A stretch of 64,000 nucleotides of DNA, taken from the NCBI GenBank assembly GCA_964016885.1, contig OZ024762.1, forward strand, positions 4,154,001-4,218,000, in the 5' to 3' direction. A program made the translations under genes and the position numbers. This document shows positions 26,747 through 40,582 of this stretch, piece after piece. Under the pieces are notes generated by a model, which had not been told where the DNA came from, made no database searches, and was given only the letters and a program-made list of their open reading frames with translations. Every line of letters starts with the position of its first letter. Positions within the stretch are counted from its first letter, which is position 1. This stretch comes from Eledone cirrhosa (taxonomy: Eukaryota).

Positions 26747-26886
26747 CGAAGGAAATGTGGTAAGGAACCAGATGGACCATAACGCACCAAAGTACTCAAT
26801 ACTTAGGGTAGTAGAGTGGGTAATAGGAACGAGCAGGACCCCGTCGAAACGGTTTGAGCTCAGCCGTCGGGGTCTTACTCGTTCCT
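26745..26886 (-). mobile_element. Mini-element family E, tail plus short inversion
   Basis: Identity to 39868-40042 and 61068-61274; (TA)n flanks. Confidence 0.75.
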
Positions 26887-26904
26887 ATATATATATCTAT
26901 CTAT

Positions 26905-27073
26905 CTAAGGCGGGTAAAATTCCCGAGATCCATGGACGAGTTCTCTCCAGCGGTCTCTGTCCCTCATTATCGCTGCCATATCCTGCATCTCCTTTGGGAG
27001 CAGCCCCTACATGGACACACTAGAAGAGGAAGACCAAGGTTAACATATGTTGATGCCCTAAGGACAGACACTG

Positions 27074-27077
<4 letters not shown>
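26905..27077 (+). mobile_element. LINE C-terminal fragment
   Basis: [30 protein letters not shown]. Confidence 0.7.
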
Positions 27078-27140
<63 letters not shown>

Positions 27141-27520
27141 TACATACATATACATATATACATACAGACACATGTATACACACATTTACATGGCATATAT
27201 TCATATAAACTTTGGGGAGAGGTAAGTCAATGAAGAAAAGGGGGTTTTAGCACCGAAATATGTTGAAATATACTGGGTAAAACATTACTTTATTTTGTTT
27301 CATTTGTCATCCTTTGCCCTCATATATTGCTACCGCATTGTACTGGCTTTTTGAAATTTATCAGTCATTCTCCGTCCCAAGGGGGTAGCTTTACCCGATT
27401 TTCTAAAGCTGTTTTCTCAGCTATTCGAGAATTTTCACAGCATTTGAGAATTTCTCTATTTCTAAAAAAACAAAACATTTCAACTAAGTTACGCGACGTT
27501 TCAATGTTTATAACCAAAAC

Positions 27521-27562
<42 letters not shown>

Positions 27563-27565
<3 letters not shown>

Positions 27566-27718
27566 TTTTAATATAGATGAGATTCTACAGGACTATGATT
27601 TCTAAAGAATGAAACAGTTCTAGTCCTGTAGAATCTCATCTATATTAAAACTTTTATACTCTGCAATGTATTGAGTACCTTACTTACTGTGGTTACCTCC
27701 GATTCAACCCGGAATAAC

Positions 27719-27721
<3 letters not shown>
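27563..27721 (+). mobile_element. Mini-PLE family D, inversion plus tail
   Basis: 33-bp inverted arms; truncated core tgatttctaaagaatGAAAcagtt; tail hairpin at 27657-27677; (TA)n flanks. Confidence 0.7.
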
Positions 27722-27772
<51 letters not shown>

Positions 27773-27984
27773 TAGATACATACACACACACATATATATA
27801 TATTGATGTGTGTGTGTGTGTGTGTGAGTGGATGGGTGGATGTATATATATGTGTGTGTGTGTGTGTGTGGAGGGGTGAACGGATGTGTGTATGTGGGGG
27901 TGGGGGTGTTGGAATGGATGTGTGTGAATGGATGTGTGTGTGGGTGTGGGTGATTGGAGGTGTGTGTGTGTGTGGGTGAGTGGA

Positions 27985-28015
<31 letters not shown>

Positions 28016-28079
28016 CCAACAATATATATAAAATCGTAGGGAGAATAGTTATTATTAGAACAGATTATAGAGCAGAGCA

Positions 28080-28270
28080 TTAGACACTCTGCTTTGCAGC
28101 TTAGAGTTACGGCCCTTTGCGTTCTGAGTTAAAACTCCGCCGAGATTAGCTTTGCCTTTCATCCTTACGGGGTCGATAAAATAAAACACCAGTAATGCAC
28201 TGGGGTCGATTTAATCAACTTTTCCCCCTCCTTCAAATTGTTGGCCTTGTGCCTAAAGTAGAAACAATTC
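28080..28270 (+). mobile_element. SINE family 1 variant
   Basis: Identity to other copies. Confidence 0.75.
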
Positions 28271-28789
28271 TTAGAACAGATTCTAAGTTTACACAAGAAC
28301 ATTCTCCACTCCACTCAATTATGAGTTGTGACTGTAACTCAAAGGACCGGCCTTGTCGCACACTCTGTCATACTGATCCTCGACCAGCACTACGTTATGG
28401 CTACACGTGTCTGTGGAGTATACAGCCACTTCCACTTGCATGTTAATTTCACGAGCTGGCTGTTCCAGTTATTCGAACAACTGGAATGTTCATCGTGAAA
28501 ACCGACAGAGGACCGCTCCACCATGTATATTTACCCATTTTCAAAAACGGGAGCGGGTTAAATAGTTGAGGAAATATTTAGCTGCAATATCTTGCAGATT
28601 AATCAACCATATAGAGGTGTCCTCGGAGGGAAAAGAAGGCCTATATATCGAGATTAGTAGGGTGCCTCCATTACTTGCCAGAGAGTCTCCAGTAGAGGCC
28701 TCAATCGGAGACATGGTACAATTAAGAAGCAGGGTCGGTGAGCAACGTCGTGGCTGGAGTGCGGCACACTACCTTACTATCTATCTATC

Positions 28790-29305
28790 TGTCTGTGGGA
28801 CGAATCCAGCCGTCAGCCGACAGACAGACAGACAGAGTCCATCACGAGGATTACCCCGGCGCCTTCATTAAACACCGAAGGAGAGGCGGTTTCCCTCTGT
28901 CTGGTGGTTATGGCGAAAGAGGTGATATGGTGGACGAGGTTGAAAGGACTGAGGGCAAACACCTTCCTCGCCGGACAACTCTTTAAATACAACTTCATAA
29001 TGAAGGTGAGAGTGGAGATTCGCTGAAAGGTGGGTGAATGTGGTGAAAATGGGCCGAGTTGAATGGGTCTTCTCTGTATATAAACCTGTAGGTTGAAGAA
29101 GACAAAACATGCTCCTGGTGTTGAGGATTGTTCTATCTACGGGGTGTAAAACAACCCAACAGTAACGTTTCCCGGTTATTGGGGATTTCAATTGTTCCAT
29201 TTCAACTGTTGAATTTATTTACGCGATTATTTGTAAAACCCCGGCCGTCGCGTCTTGTAATGTCCCGTTTCTTGTAAGCCCTTATGGCAACTAAAGAAAT
29301 ATATC
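28790..29305 (+). mobile_element. Tx1-like LINE 3' end, 5'-truncated
   Basis: MAKEVIWWTRL...FAERWVNV C-terminus plus 3' UTR ending taaagaaatatatctatc; homologous to 34507-35060. Confidence 0.65.
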
Positions 29306-30035
29306 TATCTACCAACCCACCCCCCGTCTGTCTGTCTGTCTGTCTACCCATCTATCTATCTTCGTACATATTTACCTACCTCTCGGTCTATCTATCAATG
29401 TACCTACCTATCTACTTCGCCCCTCCGCTATCCAACTTCATGCCTACCTATCTGCAAAAATCGCCACCATGCTACAATTGACTGCACCACCACCAGCCCC
29501 GCAAACCACACCACACCACACATAACTGCATCAACATCACCACCATCACCACCGTATACCCACACACACACACACTCACACAGACACATACTCTGTCTCT
29601 CACACACACAGGCACACGCGCGCGTGCACACTCACGTGCACACACACCCACACAGGAACACACACGCTCACACGCATACCCACCCACACCCACTCGCGCC
29701 CTCTCTCACATACACTCAGCCCCTCATATATATATATATGATCAGTAGAGATATACTGCAGCAACAGTTAAGACCCCCTAACATCAATGACTGTAAAGGT
29801 TATGACTCATCATAAATGGTTTGTTACTTCTAATTGGAGTCGTTGACGTGTGTTTCTTTGATGTATGTATGTATGTAAAAAGACATGTATGTGTATATAT
29901 ATATATGTATGTATGTGTGTGTGTATGTGTATGTGTTTCTATAAATGTGTGAAAGGTGAAAAAAAGCATTGAACTGTGCGCGTTTCTGTGCTTCTATGAT
30001 TGGGTGGGTGCGTGGTGATGGTTCAGTGTTTAATA

Positions 30036-30070
<35 letters not shown>

Positions 30071-30268
30071 CTCTCTCTCTATCTTAAACATATATACATC
30101 CAGTTGTGGTGAATCAGTGTTTATAACATCACACTTATACATACACACACACACATATATATATCTATATATATCTATATATATATATATATATACACGC
30201 TCTCTTTCGCGCATATACATCTAGACACCTACACGCGCACATCACCCATATACTCTCTCATACACACA

Positions 30269-30319
<51 letters not shown>

Positions 30320-30709
30320 CCAGACACTCACACAAACTACATCCAGATATTCTCTCATACACACACATACATCCAGACATACACACACACACACACAAAT
30401 ACACCCAGTGAGTCCTGTCAGAAGCAACCGTCACCAATTGATCCAGCTAGCTCCCCAGTGAGACCAGCCAAGCTAATGGCTATTATTCAACCATCTTCCT
30501 CGTGCTCTACTCCTGGTCTCCTGCTGGTTGGTTTTGCCACCAATTCCAGCGATTCCACCCCCCAATAATTACATGTTTTCCCCAAACTACCAAAACACAC
30601 ATCTATTTGTATATGCGCTACAATTTATCTACATGCTGTTTATCGCACATTCAAGTGAACTATAACTTCCTCCTATACATACATATATATATATATATGT
30701 ATATATATA

Positions 30710-31120
30710 CTAGTTGAGGTACCCGGTAATACCCGGGAGCAGAAGTATTCCCAGTTCCCATTAAAATGCCCAATGCCTCTCAGACAAAAATGAAATCAAA
30801 ATATAGGACAGATAATCAAAAGACAAATTCATTTACGAAACAATAATACAAAGAAATATTGTTGATTGCATTGGTCAGGCGAAAAAATATTTGTCAGAGA
30901 AGGGTATCATAATATTATTGAAATTTGCTGAAACTTTGTGAATAGGCATCATATCTTGTCATTTACCTATGGTTTAAATTTCATATAAATCAAAGGGAAA
31001 AAATTAAGCGGGGGTTTGAGGCCCCGGGGAACCCTTTCATTAAACTGAAATATACGTAAGAAATCAAATGGGCATGAGTCCCGCATACGTCAAGTTTCAC
31101 CAAGATCGGTTTATATATTC
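30710..31120 (-). mobile_element. Non-autonomous Helitron-like element
   Basis: Minus-strand 3' end cccgggtattaccggg hairpin followed by CTAG, within TA. Confidence 0.6.
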
Positions 31121-31197
31121 ATATATATATATAATTATAAAATAACAGGAGGCTGGACTGGTGTAAATCCAGTTCTGCCCAGTGGTGAACCAACTAA

Positions 31198-31310
<113 letters not shown>

Positions 31311-31387
31311 TCACACATACATACAGCAAAACAACTCTTAACACACTACTTTCGTCTTAACCTTTGTTCCAGTAGACACACACACGC

Positions 31388-31448
<61 letters not shown>

Positions 31449-31656
31449 CCTATATACATGTGTGTGGTGTGTGTGTGTATGTATATATACGCACACATAT
31501 ATTTCAACTTCTGTTCCAGTATAGCTGTTCTCACGGTCTATTTACAGTAGTCAAAACATTAAAGAAGCCAAATATTTTTTTAACTCTTGATGCTCTCATG
31601 TGTATAATAACTCCGGATAATCATAAAATTTCATGAAACATTACAAACGAAGGAAA

Positions 31657-32030
31657 TTAACCCTTTTACTATTATATTTCTAATGAAAGAGACTGCCTGA
31701 GGTTTTTCAAATATTTTTGAAAATAATCAAGAATTTGGAAGGATTTAGTAAAATATACTTTCTCATTTTAAATATGGTGTTTAGAGCATAACTTAAAGGT
31801 TCTTACATAACATTATGATGGAGGGGTTTAAAGATAGTTATAAACACGTTAACCATTTCGTTACCATGTTTCTAACAAAAGACACAGCCTGTAGCTTTTT
31901 CAAACATTTTTGAAAATAACCAATAATTTGGAGGGATTTAGTAATATAACTTGTTGATTATAAAAGTTGATATTTTGAACATAACTTAAGAAAGGCTCTT
32001 ACATACAATTATGATGGAAGCATTTTAGAT
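31657..32030 (+). mobile_element. Two tandem about 192-bp copies of a TTAA-CCCTTT-terminated (piggyBac-like) MITE
   Basis: ttaacccttttac at 31657 and ttaaccatttcg at 31849; homologous to 6500-6600. Confidence 0.55.
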
Positions 32031-32034
32031 AAAT

Positions 32035-32197
32035 GCATGCATGGTCTCGTAACTCCCGAGGAAGCGGAAGACTCCCCGGTATCGGCATACGGCGTTTCTA
32101 GGACATTTTTAAACATGGCGAAGCCCATCGTCTCTCCAGATCTGAATACTACAGATTTCTTCCAGAGAAGGATAGAGAGTGTGAGAATGGAAATAAT
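32035..32197. mobile_element. Dispersed repeat holding the single-unit progenitor of the 32-bp minisatellite
   Basis: Matches both flanks of 4963-5762; other copies at 49755-49890 and 56610-56730. Confidence 0.7.
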
Positions 32198-32411
32198 ATA
32201 TATACACAACACACAAAAACAAGATGGTGTAGGACAGAACAAAGGAGAGACACAAAATAAGAAATCAATCACTGAGGAGTTTACAGAATGTGCGACGAAA
32301 GAGCTTTGACCATCCGGTTATTGAACCAACCAACCGGAAATTTATAATAAATTAAAGTAAAAACCAACAGGTGCATGTGTTCTTATTGGCAGCATGACCC
32401 TCCCAAAGTAT

Positions 32412-32491
<80 letters not shown>

Positions 32492-32516
32492 ATATATATA
32501 TATGTGTGTATATATA

Positions 32517-32548
<32 letters not shown>

Positions 32549-33006
32549 AGTATTGAAGTTTCCGTTGAAAATTGAAAAAGTCATAGGAGTGAAGAGTGCT
32601 CTATGTAAGTACCAGAGCAAAATTTAATGTATAATAAACAATACAATAGAATTACCTCATTACCAGAGGTTTCCCGAATAAGACGAATACGAAAAACGTC
32701 CTCATTCGTTCGTCGGACAAGGCGATTTAAAACATAGTGAAATATTTGGAAAGTCTCCTCAAGAAATGCAAAAAATATATAAATAAAAGTAATGAAAGAG
32801 ATATATAAAAAAATATATAAGGAAATATAGTTAGGGTATGTGTATATGTATGTATATACACTCACAAATGTACATATGTGTGTATGTACAAATGCATGTG
32901 TATGGTGAAAATGTGTGCGTAAGTATACATATACTCTTTTACTCTTTTACCTGTTTCAGCCATCCGGCTGAGGCCATGCTGGGGCACCGCCCTTATATAT
33001 ATATTT

Positions 33007-33378
33007 ATAAAATAATTAAGTCAAATATGTAAAATTTAGCTTCGTTTATTATAAATTCCACTTCCTCAGAGGAATAACAACACAACCAGGAGCTGGACAT
33101 ATCGATGTATTGACGGAGTAAAACAGACTTCAACAACATGTGTACCTGTCTTTCCCACACCAATTCGGACTACCTGAAGAGGTCACAGCCAATGATGGCT
33201 GTCACCGAAATATATATATAGCAGTATATCTATAATTTATAATAAATGAAGCCAAATTTTACATATTTGACTTAATTATTTTACATTACTCCGGAGTAAA
33301 CAAACCAACCTGCGTACTTCGTCGAGTGCTCCAATCTGCATATTGAGGTGTCGGTAAACAACCAACATATACTCAATA
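33007..33378 (+). mobile_element. Mini-PLE family C: about 50-bp inversion, hammerhead (33169-33225), tail
   Basis: CTGAAGA at 33174, acagcca/tggctgt stem II, GAAA at 33207; tail hairpin at 33287-33330. Confidence 0.75.
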
Positions 33379-33776
33379 TATATATCGAATAGATGAAAGG
33401 CAAGTTGACCTCGGCGGGATTTGAACTTCGTGAGCAGAGAGCTGAAACGAATTCTACGCAAAGCATTCTATCCGACATTCATGGAACCAAAAGTGTTTTC
33501 TAGCTTGCGCCTGTAAAATGTGTACTCTATATATAAATACATACATGATGGCTGCATCTCAATTTCGAAAATTGCCATCACAATCTTTTTCTCATACATG
33601 GGTAGCACAACAATGAGTTTTTATTCCTGCCAAGGACTTACATTCCTTCCTGCATATGCTGCAACGAAAATACAAAAAGCTTTCTTCGGTTGATATTTAG
33701 ATCAAGTGATGCCTGTGCCTGAAGCTTTTTTAAATGAAGAAAGGCCTTGCATAAATACATACACAGACACACACAC

Positions 33777-33830
<54 letters not shown>

Positions 33831-34065
33831 CTTTATTTTACTCTGAGTTAGGGCTCTATTGATTTTTCCCTGGATTTCACCAAATTCTGTGGATGAATCT
33901 ATATCCTGTTTCTTTTTGAATAGAGTTTGAATTATTAATCCCACATCTTATGTTAAATATTTTGCCAATTTGACGCTATTGTCACTTATATATTATGGAA
34001 TAGTGTTGGCTTCTTGCTACAATGATTTCTATACTTTTCATTTATATATATATATATATATATAT

Positions 34066-34221
34066 GAGAAAGTATGACCCCGACGGCAGAGCTCAAGCCG
34101 TTTTGACGGCTATTTCTGGACTAAATTAAGAGTTTTTTTAGACAGATTAAAAAAACTCTTACTTTAGTCCAGAAATAGCCGTCGAAACGGCTTGAGCTCT
34201 GCCGTCGGGGTCATACATTCT

Positions 34222-34224
<3 letters not shown>
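34066..34224. mobile_element. Mini-element family E, near-perfect hairpin with about 75-bp arms
   Basis: Inverted repeat around gacagat; (TA)n flanks; no tail. Confidence 0.75.
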
Positions 34225-34254
<30 letters not shown>

Positions 34255-34506
34255 TGACACACAACAGCAGTAAGGTGAAATGGTGAAATTCATGTGAGAA
34301 CGTGACAGATGTGTTAATGTTTATATTAACACATTAATAAATAGTTTGTCTTCTGTTGTTGTTTCCATACACATACCACTTAACGTTGCAGGATATTATT
34401 TAAACATCACCTTACTAATTCCTTGTTAGATCAGATACAGGAATCTATCTATCAACCTGTCTACCTACATACTTACCTACCTACCTACCTACCTACCTAC
34501 CTACCT

Positions 34507-35060
34507 AGTCGCGTATGGGACAAATCCAATTGACTGCCGAGTCCATAGTAAGGCAGCCTCTTTCAAAAACGAAAGAGAGGCGGTTTTCCTCTGTACAGTG
34601 GCTATGGTGAAAGAGGTTATATGGTGGACGAGGTTGAGAGGACTGAGGACAGATGCCTTTCTCTCCGGACAACAATTGATTCCCTTCTTTAAGTATCACT
34701 TTAGAAGGAGAATCAGAGTGGAGAGAGAGGCACTGCACCCCAGTAAATTTACTGAAAGGTGGGTGAATGTGGCAAAAATGGCCCCAGTGATTGGGCCTTC
34801 TCTGTATATAAGCTTGTAGGTTGAGGAAGAGAGCAAAAGGAAGAAAGGAGCACTTGCACAACACGCTCCTGGAGTTGAGGGTTGTTCTATCGACGGGGTA
34901 TTAAACAACCCATTTGTGGCGCCTCTCCCCTATTGGGGATTTCGATTGTTGTAATTGTTTGTTTTTATATTTTTTACACGACTGTATGTAAAATCCCCGG
35001 CATGTCTTTGTATTGTCCCCTTTTCTTGTGCGCCCTTGTGGCTAATAAAGAAATATATCT
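34507..35060 (+). mobile_element. Tx1-like LINE 3' end
   Basis: AMVKEVIWWTRLRGLRTDAFLSGQQLIPFFKYHFRRRIRVEREALHPSKFTERW; flanked by (CTAC)n and (CTAT)n. Confidence 0.7.
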
Positions 35061-36408
35061 ATCTATCGATCGATCTTTCCACATACATATCTACCTACTT
35101 AGCTAGCTATCTAGGTTTAAAATTCCCAAGAAAACGTCGTATGTCACTAGGGCACACCTACGACTCCACAAGGAGTTACAGGTCCACACACACATACACA
35201 CACACACATACACGCATCTACTATATAATTGAGTGTGTATGTATGTGTGTATGTGGCCGAAAGACTGCGAAGCGGTGCGTCCTAGAGAAAACCGGAGAAG
35301 GTTTTTGAGTACATAAAGTTTCTTAATTCAAAAAAGAATCAAGGAAAAAATAAAAGCAAAACAACAAAGAAATAGTAAATACTATCAATCAGTGTTACTG
35401 TGACGTTTTAAGTAGCTTGGCTTTTATTGATCGTCAGCTTATTATTCCGTCCATCCAGAAGACATTGTTTTCGCCACGAAGTAGAGCGTTGTCTTCATAG
35501 AGGTCATCCGATGTTTATGTGAAGACGATCCCGTTAAAGTACACAACAAACCATTGGTACCACTTCAAAATACAACTCCACTGAGTAAAATTTCCACAGA
35601 AACCACATTTGGGGGCGATTGACAATGGGAACGGGCCACATGGAATAAGTAACGGGAGGTGAGGTAAGGGGGTGACATAAAACCAGCCCACTATACTGAT
35701 ATTCAGATGACTAACTTCATCAGGCCACTATCACCCTCAATATATATATACCAGAACAAGTAAATGATCCTCTAAACATTTCCCGATTAAATGACAGACC
35801 TTGGAAGAGGGCATAACGATACGGTGTCACGTGATGATGTAATATGTCAGTGGTTCCCAGGTAAAGTTTCAAAGGCAACAGTGACCTTTTGATAGAAATT
35901 AGTATGGGCATCGCTTTCCCCAAGGTCCTACCCAGGTGTATGAGCAGTTATATATACGGATGTGATACAGCTATATGTGTAGCGAATCGAAGAAGAGTGA
36001 TTTGAATGTTTGTTTCCAACTTAGATAAATAGGTCATTGTGACCAGACAAGCTGACCTTTTGACCACAGATATTTACTTCCTTTGTTTTGGGACTCATGT
36101 CACCAAATTGTCCCGAGGAATGGTTTTTTTTTAGAGGGTATCTACTGATTGTCATTGGATAACGGATCTAGCTGTAGCTGTCCAAGACAGTTCGCAAGAA
36201 TTCACGAAAGACGACAGAACGATCTAGTTGCCAGCAGACATACTCTGCTCCGTGAAATATCGGCCTATCAGCAAAGTTTAGTTAGACTACTACGTCAAAC
36301 ATCCACGCCAAACCATCACACAAACACTCACACAATTCTAGTATGGTTAGCTATTGTTTTTTTTCTATGTTGTCACAATAACTTCGGAGCAAGTTATCTA
36401 TATATATA

Positions 36409-36511
<103 letters not shown>

Positions 36512-36696
36512 GCGTGTGTGTGTGAGTTTGAATCCCTACCGATTTTTTTCAAACTTTACACGTGTATTACTTATGTTTCAGGCAGTGTTATACACATAAA
36601 AACAAAATTCAACTTTTTAATCCCCGAGGGCCCGCATTTGGTGAACACTACTGGTCACAATAAATCAATCAATTTATTCTCGCTACATATATACAG

Positions 36697-37212
36697 CTAT
36701 ATGTACAGGTATATATATACAGCTATATATACCTGTATATATACAGGTTTATAGACACGGTGCAATACGGGTGTAATGCTGGTATATAGACGGGTATAAT
36801 ACGGGTATATATATATAGAGGTATAATACAGGTATATATACAGGTATACAGACAGGTATAATACAGGTAGGTATAATACGGGTATATATTCAGATATAAT
36901 AGTTATAATACAGGTATATATACAGGTATAATATAGGTGTATATACAGATGTATATACACGGGGATAATGCAGTTATATACACAGGTGTAATACCTATAT
37001 ATATATATATACAGGTATAAATATAGGTATATATACACAGGTGTAATACAGGTATAATACAGGTATAATACAGGTGTATGTACATAAACAGGTATGTATA
37101 TGTACAGGTGCATGAACAGGTATTTGTACAAGTGTAGTACAAGTATCTACATACAGGTGTAAATATAGGTGTATATACAGGTACACGTACATTTGTAATA
37201 CAGGTGTATACA
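36697..37212. repeat. Degenerate 12-14-bp minisatellite (tatacaggtata)
   Basis: Direct reading. Confidence 0.85.
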
Positions 37213-37310
37213 CCGACACCAAGGCAGTGGAGAAGAACGAGAGGGAGTAGAACAATGCAGTACAATGGTTATACATGTCAGTCTGGTGTCTGATATAGTA
37301 GGAGAAAGGT

Positions 37311-37345
37311 GTTAACGTTTCGGACATTAGTCCTTCCTCAGTAGA
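37311..37345 (-). ncRNA. Minimal type I hammerhead (PLE pLTR type), stem I decayed
   Basis: CTGAGGA-A-GGAC-taat-GTCC-GAAACGTT; flank homologous to 59127-59190. Confidence 0.6.
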
Positions 37346-37624
37346 TAGAACGAGAAATAGAAGAAATAGAAATATAGAGAAGTGTAAGAAAGGGAAGAAA
37401 CGGAAAAATATTTTTCACAAAAGGAAAACATGTGTGTTTAGTCAGTACAGAGAGAGAGAGAGGGAGAGAGAGAGAGAGAGAGGGGGGAGAGAGGGAGGGA
37501 GGGAGAGAGAGATAGAGGGAGAGAGGGGGGAGACATATATACATTATATAATTAAAACTCACATCACGGGTTTAAGTTGTTTTACCCTGCGTATATGGAT
37601 ATCTCTACCAAATTATTACTTCAT

Positions 37625-37681
<57 letters not shown>

Positions 37682-38034
37682 CGTGTGTGTGTGTGTATGT
37701 ATGTATATGTGTGTGTATATGTATGTGTATATATGTGTGTGTGTGCGTGTGTGTGTGTGTACACACAACGGAAGAGAGAAACAATTAAAGTAAGGTACTT
37801 AATATATCAAGTGGAAGAAATTACGTTATTTTATTGGAAAGTGGCTCTGTTTTGGTTTTTCTGGGAGAAAGTCAAACGCAGTGATGGCAGTGTGGGTACA
37901 GAGTTTGCTTCATCATCAGATAGACAGGCACACACACATAGAGATAGGGAGGGGGGGGGGGAGGGAGCGAGAGATAGATAATTACATATAAACATAGACT
38001 GGCAGACAGACAATTAGATATACAGATAGATAGA

Positions 38035-38760
38035 TAGATATATTTCTTTATTTACCACAAAGGCGCACAAGAAAAGGGGACAATACAAAGACATGGCGGG
38101 GATTTTACATACAGTTGTGTAAAAATATAAAAACAAACAATTACAACAATCGAAATCCCCAATAGGGGGGAGGCGTCACAAATGGGTTGTTTAATACCCC
38201 GTAGATAGAACAACCCTCAACTTCAGGAGTGTGTTGTGCAAGTGCTCCTTTCTTCCTTTTGCTCTCTTCTTCAACCTACAAGCTTATATACAGAGAAGGC
38301 CCAATCACTCGGGCCATTTTTGCCACATTCACCCACCTTTCAGTAAATTTACTGGGGTGCAGTGCCTCTCTCTCCACTCTGATTCTCCTTCTAAAGTGGT
38401 ACCTAAAGAAGGGAATGAGGTGTTGTCCGGAGAGAAAGGCATCTGTCCTCAGTCCTCTCAACCTCGTCCACCATATCACCTCTTTCACCATAGCCACTGT
38501 ACAGAGGGAAACCGCCTCTCTTTCCACGGATAGATTTCTTTATTTGCCACTTAGATATATATGTTTCTTTATTAGCCACAGGGGCACAAAAGAAGGGGAC
38601 AAATACAAAGGGGGAAGTTTACATACAATAAAAACGTGTAAAATATTATCACAAATGCAATTTAAAAATTAATCGATTTTCCCCAATAGGGGGAGACATT
38701 ACATATGGGTAACACATACCCCCGAGAAAAAAAATGTGCGACCCTCATCTCCAGGAGTAC
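38035..38760 (-). mobile_element. Tx1-like LINE 3' end (38035-38527) plus a second related 3' UTR (38555-38760)
   Basis: High identity to 34507-35060; abuts (GATA)n. Confidence 0.7.
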
Positions 38761-39076
38761 GAAGAGTTTGTACTTAGATAGATAGGTAGGTAGATAGCGA
38801 TAAAGAGGGAGATAAAGTTCTATAAACATGGGAGACATGTATGAAAGAAAGTAATGCTGTGTTCTAGCAAAATAACATTTATTTCATTACGTCTTAACCT
38901 GCTAGACAGACCGACATACATTGTATGTCTGTATATACGTGCACGTGTATACATGTGTGTATATATGCATGCGTGTGTATGTATATGTGTATGTATATGT
39001 ATGTAAGTATGTAAATGTATGTATGCATGTGTGTATATATGTGTGTGTATGGGTGTCTATGTATGTAAGTATGTAA

Positions 39077-39109
<33 letters not shown>

Positions 39110-39438
39110 TGTATGTATGTATGTATGTATGTATTTGTGTGTGTGTGTGTGTGTGTATGGGTGTCTATGTATGTATGTATGTATGTATATATATATATGT
39201 GTGTGTGTGTGTATGGGTGTCTATGTATGTAAGTATGTATGTATGTATGTATGTATATATTTGTGTGTGTGTGTGTGTATGGGTGTGTATGTATGTATGT
39301 ATGTATGTATATATGTGTGTGTGTGTGTATGGGTGTCTATGTATGTAAGTATGTATATGTATGTTTGTATGCATATATAATACAAAAGGAAAACCAAGGT
39401 TGTTATTCGAAAATTGTTCCACACTCATTATATCTCTC

Positions 39439-39508
<70 letters not shown>

Positions 39509-39703
39509 TATGTGTATGTGTGTATGGTAAACATTATGACGATGAAGGGTTTCGTACAACCCGCCTCCTGATGTGACCCCGTCTTCAGACATATCATATA
39601 CGATAGAAACACTTCAAACTATTCTGTCTATGCTGCATGATTTTATACGATAACACAAAAGTATATACACAAACACACATATACACACACATATATATAT
39701 ATT

Positions 39704-39752
<49 letters not shown>

Positions 39753-39829
39753 CAACACAATCGGGACACACACATATATATATATATTCGTATATATATC
39801 TATATATATTCATATAGATACATATATAG

Positions 39830-39867
<38 letters not shown>

Positions 39868-39870
<3 letters not shown>

Positions 39871-40042
39871 AACAAGTAAGACCCCGACGGCTGAGCTCAA
39901 GCCGTTTCGACGGCTAATTCTGGAGTCCAGAATTAGCCGTCGAAACGGCTTGAGCTCAGCCGTCGGGGTCTTACTTGTTCCTATTACCCACTCTACTACC
40001 CTCAGTATTGAGTACTTTGGTGCGTTATGGTCCACCTGGTTC
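39868..40042 (+). mobile_element. Mini-element family E: perfect 57-bp arms, 1-nt loop, tail
   Basis: Arms 39868-39924 / 39926-39982; tail hairpin at 39990-40016. Confidence 0.8.
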
Positions 40043-40581
<539 letters not shown>

Positions 40582-40582
40582 T

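Noticed and set aside
30400-30590. Unique, coding-looking stretch
   Set aside because: All three minus frames stop after the putative acceptor, and the plus frame lacks a convincing acceptor or recognisable motif.
33642-33658. 17-nt minus-strand microexon (ttttcgttgcag| ... |gtaagt)
   Set aside because: Good splice signals, but too short to support without RNA data.
36244-36264. 21-nt phase-1/1 minus-strand microexon with CTAAC branch point
   Set aside because: Compatible in phase with 25779-25922, but such signals arise by chance in 64 kb.
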